Translations under genes and position numbers: made by a program
Shown: piece by piece, positions 21,198-30,960 of the stretch
Position numbering within the stretch: the stretch's first letter is position 1
Layout of the letters: every line of letters begins with the position of its first letter
Virus record (IMG/VR): IMGVR_UViG_3300037067_016777
Coordinates: 1 to 64,000 of that record
Strand: one strand, 5' to 3'
Origin: a virus
Lineage: Duplodnaviria; Caudoviricetes
DNA: 64,000 nt
The notes under the pieces: model-generated
What the model was told of the DNA's origin: nothing
What the model saw: the letters and a program-made list of their open reading frames with translations, nothing else
Database searches by the model: none

Positions 21198-21401
21198 ATG
21201 GAAGAAATAAACAGCATTGAGACCGATTCCGTCCTAGTCGAGAAGAGACGAGCGGACGCTTTAGCAGCCATGCAAATTAAGCAGGATGTTGAGTTTCTTC
21301 AGATGAGGATAGAGAAAGCCAAGGTTGAATCACCTGAAACAGTCGATATTGCTTGCTTTACCAGAATGTCGTTGCCACTGCTACGTAAGACTTTCAAGTA
21401 A
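21198..21401 (+). CDS. Hypothetical protein
   Basis: 67-aa ORF. Confidence 0.45.
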   Translation: MEEINSIETDSVLVEKRRADALAAMQIKQDVEFLQMRIEKAKVESPETVDIACFTRMSLPLLRKTFK

Positions 21402-21643
21402 ATGAAGATAAGCCCAAGCATAAGGGCAGCAGTAGACAATGTTGTCAATATGCTGAGTAAAGAGAAATAAATAAATGAGTTCGACAAAAGGCTACAAGAG
21501 CTAGGTAGTGAATTCAAAAAATTAACCTATCCGATGCTGATAGCTCGGAGAATAATACATAAAGAGAAGTTCGGTGCTTTATAGTTCAACCACTCTACCA
21601 TCTTGACGGCACGAGGCTGACTAGATGGTTGTAAGATAAAACG

Positions 21644-21678
21644 CAGGTAAATAATAAAACCACACAGGTAAATAATAA
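21644..21678. repeat. 14-bp direct repeat CAGGTAAATAATAA x2 with 21-bp period
   Basis: Copies at 21644-21657 and 21665-21678. Confidence 0.8.
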
Positions 21679-22014
21679 CTCATTCGCCAGGTCCGTTGAT
21701 AACAAAAAGGATGAGCCATATAAGAGAACAACGGAGAAAGGAAGAGGAGAAAAATGAGCTTTCCCGGTGTCTCGTTGGCATTTTCCGTGCGTGCGAACCT
21801 TCATAACCCTCGACTATTCTTAGGACCTTTCGAGTGCAACGGAACGCAAGCGAGATACCTTTCTGATACCTTCGGAAGTCGCTGGCCCTCTTAATATTCC
21901 TCGTCATATCCCGTTTATACTTCTCCGAGTGTTCGAGTACATGTACACATGTTCGTTTATGTTACATATTCTTTCAGCCTAACTAGCCTAGATTACCTAA
22001 ATTAAGCATAAAAA

Positions 22015-22043
22015 TTAAGCAATTGTATTTGTCGTGCTATAAT
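22015..22043 (+). promoter_or_regulatory. Conserved phage promoter
   Basis: TTAAGC-17bp(..TCGTGC)-TATAAT. Confidence 0.8.
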
Positions 22044-22049
22044 ATAATG

Positions 22050-22216
22050 TTCGCGGGAGCCGTCGATGATGGCCGTAGAGTCCGATCAGTGCCCGGCCGG
22101 ATACAATCGGACGATATACGTTAACCGCTTGAACGGCTCAACTGGCGGAGGGAATCACGCAGATAGGGGACACTTCGGTGCCTACAATTCTTGCAACTCC
22201 CAAACCCAGTTGAGCT
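22050..22216 (+). ncRNA. Candidate structured RNA or 5' leader
   Basis: Follows a promoter; several complementary segments, including a 10-bp helix and a cUUCGg hairpin. Confidence 0.4.
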
Positions 22217-22410
22217 AGAAAACAACGTAAGGATGACTGATGATAGTTGGAAAAGAGTACGTTCATTTCGGCCAGCTTGTGAGGTTGATAGCCGTCGAAT
22301 GCGAGCAGGCTACAATCCAAACACGTTCGGGAGAGGTGACTACGGCGGATGTTTCGGAACTGTCGGAGAAGGAAGATGAGCAATTAACTCCTAAGCAGTG
22401 AGGTTTCTCG

Positions 22411-22435
22411 GCAAATTCTTAAGTATTAATATTAG
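22411..22435. repeat. 25-bp AT-rich element, copy 1
   Basis: GCAAATTCTTAAGTATTAATATTAG, identical at 32140-32164. Confidence 0.85.
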
Positions 22436-22497
22436 TTAATGCTCAAGAACGACCGCTAATCTAAGATATTTCTTTGTCCTAACTAAAGGGAAGTCTG

Positions 22498-22893
22498 ATG
22501 TACCACTTCGTTATGAATGGTGTGCGGTGTTCGTGTGACACGATGGGCGAATTTCGTGCGGTGATTGCTGTCCTAGATAATCCAAGCAGTCCATCTAAGC
22601 CGTCTGCTGTTTGGAATGCTTGGGTTGGCGATGCCGGTGAGCAGTTGAATATGCTCTTGGAAAAACGGGCACCGACGACCAAGGAGCCTGTGAAGGTGCC
22701 TATCGCTCGTAAGCCGAAGCGGAAGAAGCGTGGCTATGTCCTGGTCGAGAAGTCGCTCGCCGAAATCAAGAAGCTGCCGCTTGTCGACGGCCCTATTACT
22801 TGGGATGTGGCGCAGAAGATGGCCAAGAAGTTGGGGGTGAAGAACCTGACCCAACTTCGAAGCGACCTGTTCAAACGGCAGAAACTGGGATAG
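22498..22893 (+). CDS. Hypothetical basic protein
   Basis: AAGGGA RBS; 131 aa. Confidence 0.7.
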   Translation: MYHFVMNGVRCSCDTMGEFRAVIAVLDNPSSPSKPSAVWNAWVGDAGEQLNMLLEKRAPTTKEPVKVPIARKPKRKKRGYVLVEKSLAEIKKLPLVDGPITWDVAQKMAKKLGVKNLTQLRSDLFKRQKLG

Positions 22894-22971
22894 ACGACGT
22901 CGGGGGAGTGGTGGAGAAAACGGCAACCATATGGTGGCACTCCGCCATTTTCCTCTTTGGAAATGAGGTGG

Positions 22972-23157
22972 CTATATAGCCGACTTCTTTGCCTCAATAA
23001 CCAGCATTTGCTCGTGGGCGTGAGCTTGACAGAATGGCTTCCCGCCAATGGCCATAACTGCATTAGATGGACAGTAGACTGGTTTCCCTGCTTTGTCTAG
23101 GCGTACTTCTCGTGTGCAACGCGTCCCTGATGTCACCTTTGTAATCTTCTCGTCCAT
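22972..23157 (-). CDS. Small Zn-finger-like protein
   Basis: C..C..C..H; AAGGA RBS. Confidence 0.6.
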   Translation of the reverse strand: MDEKITKVTSGTRCTREVRLDKAGKPVYCPSNAVMAIGGKPFCQAHAHEQMLVIEAKKSAI

Positions 23158-23210
23158 TATGATCCTTAATATGCGGTTTCCACGATGGAAATTTCATATT
23201 ATTTACGCAG

Positions 23211-23450
23211 TCAATCTTTGGATTGGATATATTTCTTTGTCTTCTCGGCGAAAGCGATAGCCTCTCTGAATCGTTCCCTCTCAGCAGAACTGAGTTTATA
23301 CCATATCTTTCGGTTCTTCTCACTCAACTCAATTAGGAAATCCGCATCGGGGTCAGGGTCAGATTTAGGGCTAAGGCACTCAAAAAGCGTGGCGATTAGA
23401 AAGTAGGGGAAGACAACGGGGGCGAGAAGGATTCTGATGAATTTGGGCAT
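23211..23450 (-). CDS. Hypothetical membrane-anchored protein
   Basis: Hydrophobic N-terminus. Confidence 0.5.
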   Translation of the reverse strand: MPKFIRILLAPVVFPYFLIATLFECLSPKSDPDPDADFLIELSEKNRKIWYKLSSAERERFREAIAFAEKTKKYIQSKD

Positions 23451-23646
23451 AGTAAATTTTCCAACTTGGAAATTTAATGGTTTTCGTCCTTGGTAGCTTG
23501 ATTACAGCAGGCCGCCAAGAAAGCAATAATGGTAACTACCGCCATCATACCGATACTAAAGAGCCAAAAACTCCAAATGGCGAACCATTTGGCTGAATAG
23601 AAGAATAGGCTTTTGGCATCTAGCTCCGAGAAAACTATGCTATTCT

Positions 23647-23886
23647 TCATTGAGGGACACCCCAAGTAGACGCCACATAAAGAACAGCTAAAGTTCCCCA
23701 AACCAAAATGGCGGTAATCAAACCGATCCACTTCCCAACACGCTCTTCTTCTCGCATCCACTCAAAGCCAGCTGCAATTCGGTTTAATAGTTCCCCCTGC
23801 TTCGCGAGCTTTTCCTCATCATCGAAATTGTCTTCAGAGGTGCTCACCTCAGCCGGTTCGTTCCACCATTTCCATTTCTCAATCAT
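23647..23886 (-). CDS. Hypothetical membrane protein
   Basis: C-terminal TM segment; coupled ORF. Confidence 0.55.
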   Translation of the reverse strand: MIEKWKWWNEPAEVSTSEDNFDDEEKLAKQGELLNRIAAGFEWMREEERVGKWIGLITAILVWGTLAVLYVASTWGVPQ

Positions 23887-24065
23887 TTGTGGACTACGAT
23901 AGTGAGTGGATTGCCGTAGATTTCAATTCTGTCGGACGGGTAAAGCAATAAATTACCGCTGGTGTCTAAGCACATCGAAGCTAACATCTTTTCAGCATCG
24001 TCCTTGATGACGATGAGATCTGATGTGGCTTGAATAACGACAGCCGAGCGTGGTTTTTCAGTCAT
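23883..24065 (-). CDS. Hypothetical protein
   Basis: Coupled ORF. Confidence 0.5.
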   Translation of the reverse strand: MTEKPRSAVVIQATSDLIVIKDDAEKMLASMCLDTSGNLLLYPSDRIEIYGNPLTIVVHK

Positions 24066-24909
24066 CTAATTCCTCATCATCGTCATCGGCCAAGCTGCTC
24101 GCCAACCTGGTTCCTATTCCTACGGCTACGTCCTGTTCAAGATGGTTGGGAAGAGCAACCTCGGCAGGCTTAGGCGCATCAGGAGCCGGTGCCGCAAGTT
24201 GGGATATCACCGTGGGGACCGATCGAGCTGCTCGCAATCGAATCGGCACGCTAAACCATCGCTTGAACATGGCGACCAGGAACTTATCGGAAAGCTCATA
24301 GCCGGCCTTGTCGCCGATGACCGCGTCGATGCCGCAGTTAGGGCATAAGGCCGTTTGCCCTTGATCTGCGAATTCGGTAATGGCACGTGGGTCGAAGGTG
24401 GCTCGACAGAAGAAGCAACCACATTTCTGACTCAGCGAAATCTCAGAGATGTTGTGGGTGGCGTGGTTGTGAGCCGGTTCGTAGATGCTCAAGAAGGGGT
24501 CGATAGCAGTCGACTTGAAGACCTCTCCCTTGAGTTCGGCGAGTTGTTTGAGGTAATGCTGCTCGACGGTAGTGATGTCGGATAGGAATTGCTCGAGGTG
24601 TTTCTTGTCGATCTGGACTTCGTTAAGAATATCCAGGATTTTCTTTTCCTGATCCTTCTGATCCTTCTCTTCGGTGGTCAAGGGCGATCGACTGGTGCTC
24701 TTGATATGCTCGGCACGGCTGCTCGGCTTTTTAGGCTTCGCATCGGGGTCGAAATAGGGGAATCCCTTCTCAACGAGCTTGACGTTGACTAGATCTCGCA
24801 GGTCTTTGGTCAGCTTCTTGAATTTGATGACGAATTGGCAGCTTCGTACGCCATTCGCATTCAAATAAGACGAAGCCAAACTCTCAGCGATTTGCTCATA
24901 TTCAGACAT
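24058..24909 (-). CDS. Hypothetical protein with zinc-ribbon domain
   Basis: CGCFFC...TALCPNCGIDAVIG. Confidence 0.75.
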   Translation of the reverse strand: MSEYEQIAESLASSYLNANGVRSCQFVIKFKKLTKDLRDLVNVKLVEKGFPYFDPDAKPKKPSSRAEHIKSTSRSPLTTEEKDQKDQEKKILDILNEVQIDKKHLEQFLSDITTVEQHYLKQLAELKGEVFKSTAIDPFLSIYEPAHNHATHNISEISLSQKCGCFFCRATFDPRAITEFADQGQTALCPNCGIDAVIGDKAGYELSDKFLVAMFKRWFSVPIRLRAARSVPTVISQLAAPAPDAPKPAEVALPNHLEQDVAVGIGTRLASSLADDDDEELDD

Positions 24910-24924
24910 GCTATCCTCGTTGGG

Positions 24925-25617
24925 TTAGTTCGTTTCCTGGTCGGTGTTGTTCCATTCATCGTCGGATACATCGGGGACTTGGCTGCGGCGATATCGCCCT
25001 GTGAAATGGTCCAAAAGATCCTTCAAAGCAGCCGGAGCGGTTCGGTCGTTGGCTACGTGTTCAGCATAGCCAAGAATGAGATCCAATAAAGCTGGCCCAG
25101 GGATGAGGGCAGCCACTTCTATCTCGGAAAGTGGTTCCCAAGTGTCTGCGTTTGTGATTTCGCCAGAAGCCAACCGGCGAGCTCTGACGATAGCAGGAAT
25201 CAAGTAGAAATGGCCGGTAGTCATTTCTTCGACCAGAGCGCGACCAGCGACCTCGTCATGCCATCCCATGAACTTTTCGCCGTAAAACTGCTGGCCTTCG
25301 GGCTCAGTGATAACAGCATCCTCGACAGATACCGGGATCTGCAGCGCTTCGGAGTTGTTGAGTAGATCGAGTGGAAGTTCATGGCCGCGAACAACCATAA
25401 ACTTGACCATGACCTCGACGATACCAACTGAAGTATCGGCGATCATCCGGTAGGCGTGGTTCAAGGGGTTGTAGGCTAATGGGGTAGATTCCAGCGGATT
25501 ACTCTCTCCACCCGGCTCGAGATGTGAGAGATCCGAGAGATTTTGGTCGGAATCCCATGGCTCGCCCTCTTCGGGTGCTCTCCAACCGCTACTCGGATTC
25601 ATTGAGTCGTAGTGCAT
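24925..25617 (-). CDS. Hypothetical acidic protein
   Basis: CAGGAG RBS; promoter variant at 25642. Confidence 0.75.
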   Translation of the reverse strand: MHYDSMNPSSGWRAPEEGEPWDSDQNLSDLSHLEPGGESNPLESTPLAYNPLNHAYRMIADTSVGIVEVMVKFMVVRGHELPLDLLNNSEALQIPVSVEDAVITEPEGQQFYGEKFMGWHDEVAGRALVEEMTTGHFYLIPAIVRARRLASGEITNADTWEPLSEIEVAALIPGPALLDLILGYAEHVANDRTAPAALKDLLDHFTGRYRRSQVPDVSDDEWNNTDQETN

Positions 25618-25682
25618 ATCTGCTCCTGTGTAAGTTTACTTATCGTAGCACGAGAGTGATAATTGTTTTCAAGTAGCCAAAG

Positions 25683-25765
25683 TAGCCGGAGAGGGATTCG
25701 CACCCTCACGGGATTACTCCCACGGACTCTTAAGATCCGAGTGTCTGCTATTCCACCATCCGGCC
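25683..25765 (-). tRNA. tRNA-Leu (anticodon UAA)
   Basis: GGCCGGA/TCCGGCT acceptor stem; CGGAT-CTTAAGA-GTCCG anticodon arm; long variable arm; no encoded CCA. Confidence 0.88.
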
Positions 25766-25970
25766 ATTAAATGCCAACCTCAACTGAATCCCTTATCAAT
25801 GTTCTTGTGGTGTTTCTGAATGGCTGGGGAAAGAATTAAGGTTGCATATTGAACACAAAAACGGTAACAATCACGATGACAGATTAGACAATCTTGAATT
25901 TCTCTGTCCTAATTGCCACTCTCAAACACCTACGTACGCTAAGATGAAATGAATGAAGAATGATGAAGAA

Positions 25971-25992
25971 CCGGACACCTTGCGGTGTCCGG
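25971..25992 (-). terminator. Intrinsic terminator-like hairpin
   Basis: CCGGACACC-GCAA-GGTGTCCGG followed by TTCTTC on the minus strand. Confidence 0.65.
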
Positions 25993-26068
25993 GGAGGGTT
26001 ATATTTCAAGCTCGTTCGTTTCACTCCTCCAGAGCTGTCATCCCGACGATGCTTACGCGGGCGGCTAA

Positions 26069-27289
26069 CTAATTCTTGGTGTCGTCCTTCTCGTCAGCAG
26101 CCGGAATATCCGAGGTATCCAAGAACCAGTCATCAAACTGGGTCTTGGTCGTCATCGAGTTCTCCAAATCGAACTCGCTGCTCACGAAGTTGCCGACTTC
26201 TGCTTGAAGCAGACGACCGCTCTTCTCGTCGCAGTAATGCGTTGCGACCTCGGTCGTGAAGTTGAGCAAATCGTACATGGAGCACTTCGCCGGGAGTTGT
26301 GCCATCTTCTTCCGACTGAGTGCATCCAGGTGCGTCAAGCCGTAAATCGAGCACAGATCGCCGGATAGAGCCGAATAAGCCCGCATAATCCTGACGACCG
26401 TTGGTGACGCATCATTGGTGACAGCTTCGCCGCAAACGGCTTCGCGACGTTTCGCCATTCTCTCGACGAGCTTGGCACCTGCAGCCGGATCCTTCAAAAT
26501 CAGGCCCTTCTGAGCCATCGCAGCCAGCACTTTGTAAACGCGGTTGCATTCGGCAATCGACGCCCACGATTTGGTGGCCGTCTCGAACCGGTTGCGTAAC
26601 GCAGCATAGCCGTCCTCGTTGCTGTACGAGTCCAGAGCACGCTCCAGACTGAACATGAGGTTGGCGTTGGCTGCATCGCCGCGACCCAGGGAGATTTCGG
26701 TGCGGAAGACTCGGGAATATCCAATCATGCCGTTGCTGCAGACCTGACGCATGAGCGACAGGTAGATCAGGGGATTCCCGAAGCCGTCGATGGGCGTTTC
26801 CATCACGTACTGATGGGCGAAACCATCGCCAGCAATCTTGAAGTCCTGCATGTGGTTCGGCGTGTGCGTCGAACGCATAATGCCGTTGCCGTACTCGACG
26901 GACAGGGCGTTGTAGCGTTGTAGCGTCTCGCCGATTTGCTCGTAGGCGATGACCGGCTTCGATGGCAGCGTAATTGCCAAGATGTTGCCGGGGGTGTCGC
27001 CCTTGTCCTCAAAGGTGTAGCGAATGCGAGCACGGTCGTCACCGCCTAACACGTCGGTCAGCCGTTGAAGCACCTCGTGGTGCTTGAACAGCTTGAAGAC
27101 CTTCGTGGAGAGGCCGTGGGTACTGTAGGTGCTGCACAAGCTGGTCCAGAACCGGGAGGTTGGGTGGAATTTCCGCTCGCCGATGCTGAGACAAGAAACA
27201 ACGCCGCGACTATCGACCTCTTCGATTTTGATGGCTCTCAGCGGGGTTGTTTCGTAGCAGATTTTCGGAGCAGTAGCAATCGCAGTCAT
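26069..27289 (-). CDS. DUF932-like protein
   Basis: R.VCSNGM motif; GAGGA RBS. Confidence 0.6.
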   Translation of the reverse strand: MTAIATAPKICYETTPLRAIKIEEVDSRGVVSCLSIGERKFHPTSRFWTSLCSTYSTHGLSTKVFKLFKHHEVLQRLTDVLGGDDRARIRYTFEDKGDTPGNILAITLPSKPVIAYEQIGETLQRYNALSVEYGNGIMRSTHTPNHMQDFKIAGDGFAHQYVMETPIDGFGNPLIYLSLMRQVCSNGMIGYSRVFRTEISLGRGDAANANLMFSLERALDSYSNEDGYAALRNRFETATKSWASIAECNRVYKVLAAMAQKGLILKDPAAGAKLVERMAKRREAVCGEAVTNDASPTVVRIMRAYSALSGDLCSIYGLTHLDALSRKKMAQLPAKCSMYDLLNFTTEVATHYCDEKSGRLLQAEVGNFVSSEFDLENSMTTKTQFDDWFLDTSDIPAADEKDDTKN

Positions 27290-27330
27290 GTGTGTCCTCA
27301 AGAAAAAAGGTTAGGGTCCAGGTCTACCCT

Positions 27331-27359
27331 GTCATAGCACGACGAGGGCAAGTTGTTAA
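27331..27359 (-). promoter_or_regulatory. Conserved phage promoter
   Basis: TTAACA-17bp(..TCGTGC)-TATGAC. Confidence 0.75.
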
Positions 27360-27392
27360 TCTACTGGATTTCATTCCCTATGGATTTAAATA

Positions 27393-27581
27393 CTAGCCGT
27401 TGTCGTAGAAATTGATTTGGCCGGGATAGCCATGACGAGCGACAAGCTCTTGTAATTCTTGATCGCTGCCGTCAACAGAATCCCATTGAGCAGACGACCA
27501 GATAATACGAATGTCGATATGTTTCTCTGCAACCCAGTTGGAGATTAACTGTGATATAGTATGGCTGTCGGCAATACTCAT
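27393..27581 (-). CDS. Hypothetical protein
   Basis: GAGG RBS. Confidence 0.5.
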   Translation of the reverse strand: MSIADSHTISQLISNWVAEKHIDIRIIWSSAQWDSVDGSDQELQELVARHGYPGQINFYDNG

Positions 27582-27594
27582 TTGAGCCTCTTGG

Positions 27595-28806
27595 TTAGTG
27601 GATGATAGCGCCGCCGTTGAAACCGCCTACCCACCCAGCATTAGGGGTTTCAAAATCACCATCATTTCGACGGGGAAGTCCGCTCTCAGTAGTGCGATCA
27701 ACACGATCTTCCTGGTTTCCACGCCTACGTCTTTGTTTCTTTTCTATCTGCTTGACGATGAAGGCTGGCATGGTTGTCTTCGTATGGGCAAGGGTGACGC
27801 ACACCCGCATCGATACTTTCTCGATGGCTTCGCTCTGAGCATAGCTCCTCCATTCCTGCTCATCTTCCATCCAAACGCTGGCGTGTGCAGGCGCTGCGGT
27901 CCGCTGGATCGGCCAATGTGTCAGCTTACTTTGGACGATTTGTTTGAATTGGATGCCGGGATATTTCCGGAAGACACGGCCACACATTTGGATGGTCGGT
28001 CCTCGCTGTGAATCTCGCACAAAGACCGTTCTGAGTGATGGGGAATCGAAACCCTCGGTGAGGATTTGCATATTCACCAAGCATTGGACTTCGCCCGACT
28101 CAAATCGAGCAAGTTGATCATCTCTGTCGGTAGCGGCGGTGACGAGTTCGGTCGAAATGCCAGCAGCTTGTAGACGCGTTGTGCATTCGAGAGCGTCTTC
28201 ATAAGTGAACCAATAGAAAACGCTCTTGCCCCAACGTTCTGGTTCCCGGAGGTAACAGTCGACGACATGCTCGACATCCCAACGAGGAATGGTATATTGA
28301 TGATACTGCGAGAGATAGCCAGATTGGATCAACTGATGGATACCAATATCGCGGATGATTTTGTCGAAGCTAAGCCGCATCCGGTCGGAGCGGAAAGGTG
28401 TCGCCGTCATCCCCAAAATGAATTTGGGTTGGATGATGTTGTAGATGTTCGACATAGAGCCAGCGGGGTCATGCTGGCTCTCGTCAAGCACAATCATTCC
28501 AATCGGCCGCCCCCAGCGATCGTGCGTTGGAGGATTTCGGTTAAACATAGAAATCGGAGTGATTTCAGCACCGACCTCTAGTTTCTCATTCTCACGAACA
28601 ACCTGCTTGAGCAGATTGTTGCGCATTGCAACCCACCCGATGCCAAAGCCGTGCTTTTCTTGCATCTTTTTGGCGGAGTCCAGCCCTATGAAGGACTTGC
28701 CGGAGCCGGTGGGAGAGTTGATAAGAATCGATTTGAAGCCGTTGTGAAACAGACCTATCGTTTTATCAATGAGACGAACCTGATAATCTCGGACCTCGGC
28801 TTTCAT
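27595..28806 (-). CDS. SF2 DEAD/DEAH-box helicase
   Basis: SPTGSGKS, DESQH, GMTATP.R.D, TEGFD.P, QMCGRVFR. Confidence 0.92.
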   Translation of the reverse strand: MKAEVRDYQVRLIDKTIGLFHNGFKSILINSPTGSGKSFIGLDSAKKMQEKHGFGIGWVAMRNNLLKQVVRENEKLEVGAEITPISMFNRNPPTHDRWGRPIGMIVLDESQHDPAGSMSNIYNIIQPKFILGMTATPFRSDRMRLSFDKIIRDIGIHQLIQSGYLSQYHQYTIPRWDVEHVVDCYLREPERWGKSVFYWFTYEDALECTTRLQAAGISTELVTAATDRDDQLARFESGEVQCLVNMQILTEGFDSPSLRTVFVRDSQRGPTIQMCGRVFRKYPGIQFKQIVQSKLTHWPIQRTAAPAHASVWMEDEQEWRSYAQSEAIEKVSMRVCVTLAHTKTTMPAFIVKQIEKKQRRRRGNQEDRVDRTTESGLPRRNDGDFETPNAGWVGGFNGGAIIH

Positions 28807-28854
28807 TATCTGTCCTGTGTGTTAGGTAGGAGGGTGTATCTCTTCCTCTGCGGG

Positions 28855-28883
28855 GTCATAGCACGAATATAGGCAGAGCTTAA
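28855..28883 (-). promoter_or_regulatory. Conserved phage promoter
   Basis: TTAAGC-17bp(..TCGTGC)-TATGAC. Confidence 0.75.
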
Positions 28884-28969
28884 CCAGACAACCTGCAAAA
28901 ATATAACCAGACACACCCAGCTACACGCAACTGTTGTTTCTAAAATACACCACTATAAGGTGATTTTCG

Positions 28970-29173
28970 ATGAGATGCTTCGACACGCTTTTAGGTGACT
29001 TTGTTGTCGCCGCACGATCGGGTCAAATTTCTGAGCCTAGGACAGAAATACAGAGGCGGGCTATGGCTGTCCTGACTCAGAAAGCAATTGAGCAGGGATA
29101 TGAGTTTGGTGATGGTTTCATACCGAAACACAAGCCAAACACAAACCGTTGCGAAGTGTTGGTTACTTCCTGA
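28970..29173 (+). CDS. Hypothetical protein
   Basis: AAGGTG RBS; lone plus-strand ORF. Confidence 0.5.
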   Translation: MRCFDTLLGDFVVAARSGQISEPRTEIQRRAMAVLTQKAIEQGYEFGDGFIPKHKPNTNRCEVLVTS

Positions 29174-29321
29174 CCCTGGTCGTCTCGATGACGCGAACGT
29201 TGCTGCCGCTATACTGAGCGCGTGCAATCGCAGCAGCGGCGGATGAGTCGTTGGCCGAGACAGTAGTCTGGGTATTGCGACCTTCGACAATCATCTTTAC
29301 GAGGAATTCTGATTGAGCCAT
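29163..29321 (-). CDS. Hypothetical protein
   Basis: AAGGAG RBS before MAQSEF. Confidence 0.65.
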   Translation of the reverse strand: MAQSEFLVKMIVEGRNTQTTVSANDSSAAAAIARAQYSGSNVRVIETTRVRK

Positions 29322-29470
29322 AGCTAACTCCTTTTCCGTAGTGGAAACCAATTACGCTAGTATGATGTTAGAAAACAAGGCGAGCCGGGACTCACTAGTG
29401 CTCACCCGGATCTCCAAGCCTTAGTAGTATCAGCTTGGTATTCTTGGCCGTTGAACCACCCGCCCACATT

Positions 29471-29499
29471 ATTATAGCACGATGGGCGAGAATTATTAA
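29471..29499 (-). promoter_or_regulatory. Conserved phage promoter
   Basis: TTAATA-17bp(..TCGTGC)-TATAAT; the TTAA contains the upstream stop codon. Confidence 0.8.
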
Positions 29500-29678
29500 T
29501 CAAGCTCGATACTATCAACATACCAGTCGCCTGACCAGCTACCTATCTCCTCGGCGTACAGATTAGCCACCAACCGTCTGGCGGCATACCAACTGATGGC
29601 GACAACCTCCGGATACTCTTTGAGTGTTGCTTTGGTGGTTCTGTCGATAACGAGACAAAGAAATCTAGTGGCTCTCAT
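29496..29678 (-). CDS. Hypothetical protein
   Basis: Coupled ORF. Confidence 0.55.
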   Translation of the reverse strand: MRATRFLCLVIDRTTKATLKEYPEVVAISWYAARRLVANLYAEEIGSWSGDWYVDSIELD

Positions 29679-29679
29679 A

Positions 29680-29934
29680 TTAGGTCAGACCGGCGACGAC
29701 CATATCGTAGACTTCATCGCGTATCTCTGCCCAATTGGGGTCATTAGCTAGATCGCGACCATCTTCAAGAGAAGTCATGATCCAATCGGAAGCTTGGAGG
29801 GATTGCCGATTGTTGTATCTGGGGAATAGCTCACGAGCTTGCTCGAACAAACCGGAAGGAACAACCACTTCCTGGTAGAATTCCTCAGGATCTGTGATAG
29901 GCCGTTTGTCGGTGTTCATATCTTCTAACTTCAT
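29680..29934 (-). CDS. Hypothetical protein
   Basis: AAGGAGG RBS before MKLEDM. Confidence 0.65.
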   Translation of the reverse strand: MKLEDMNTDKRPITDPEEFYQEVVVPSGLFEQARELFPRYNNRQSLQASDWIMTSLEDGRDLANDPNWAEIRDEVYDMVVAGLT

Positions 29935-30035
29935 TTCTACAGCCTCCTTAGACACCGTAGATTTGAGAAAACCCCAGCAGAGCGAAGTGGCCATAAAGGG
30001 AGCACCCGACCCTGCTGGGGCGAGACACCACCGTT

Positions 30036-30779
30036 CTACACCTTCATATACCGCACACAAGCCGAGCCGATGGCGTCGAAGAACGTTGCAATACGTGGAG
30101 CGTCGGCCCCGCACAATTCCGCCGCACGGTCGACGACGCCGACCCGGATAAAGGTCTTCTCGGTGCTGAGCAGCAGCGATTCCTTCTGTTCGGCACTCAA
30201 TCGCGGGTCGGCCATCAAAGCACCACTGACGACCTCGGCCACGACGTCGAACACCGTCTTACCCTTGACGTTTGCAGCTTGCTGTTCCATCGTCTCGAAG
30301 TTGAACGAAACGGTTGTTCGCTTCTCAACGATTTTCGCTGCGCCGTCGACACCCAACAAGTCCTTAAGCAATGCGACTTGCTCAACACTGACCGCGTTCT
30401 GCTGGGACTTGTCGGCCATCACATACGTGATGGCTTCGCCGTTGTGGTTGACGACGCTGACGGGGGTCGGTGGTAGTACACCCAACTTGGCATTCATCTT
30501 GACCACTTCGCCTTGGGCGTAGGTCATAAGGCGACCCTTCGCAAGAGTCCCCTTTGTCTTCGCGGCCTTCTCCTCGGCACTTGCGGTGATGGCATCTGAG
30601 ACGGCTTGATTTAGGAGGGCTGAGTCCCCCACAAGCTTGCCGGCCTCGTCCAAGTCCTTCGGGAGTTGGATAATAGTACCCTTCTCCTTCTTGGGTTCAG
30701 TGGCAGCCTTCTTTGCCGCTTTGGCGAAAAGGTTGACGGCGGGGGCGGGGGTCGCAACAGATTTCTTGGCTTTTGCCAT
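30036..30779 (-). CDS. Hypothetical protein with Ala/Lys-rich N-terminus
   Basis: GAGGAG RBS; 247 aa. Confidence 0.8.
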   Translation of the reverse strand: MAKAKKSVATPAPAVNLFAKAAKKAATEPKKEKGTIIQLPKDLDEAGKLVGDSALLNQAVSDAITASAEEKAAKTKGTLAKGRLMTYAQGEVVKMNAKLGVLPPTPVSVVNHNGEAITYVMADKSQQNAVSVEQVALLKDLLGVDGAAKIVEKRTTVSFNFETMEQQAANVKGKTVFDVVAEVVSGALMADPRLSAEQKESLLLSTEKTFIRVGVVDRAAELCGADAPRIATFFDAIGSACVRYMKV

Positions 30780-30911
30780 GACTTAGAACTCTCCTCGTCA
30801 TTGTGGTCGACGTAACCATCACCATTTGGATGGGGCTGGTGCTGCCCGCTCGCCATTTGAATGAGGCTGGCGTTGCCTACTCGCCGTTGGAGGCCGGCGT
30901 AACCTTACTTT

Positions 30912-30940
30912 TTCATAGCCCGACGAGGGTAGATCATTAA
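30912..30940 (-). promoter_or_regulatory. Conserved phage promoter (variant)
   Basis: TTAATG-17bp(..TCGGGC)-TATGAA. Confidence 0.65.
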
Positions 30941-30960
30941 TTCGCCAGATGCCTGCTTCT

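Noticed and set aside
22050-22379. tmRNA, RNase P RNA or group I intron
   Set aside because: No tRNA-like ends, no GAGGAAAGUCC and no recognisable P7 core.
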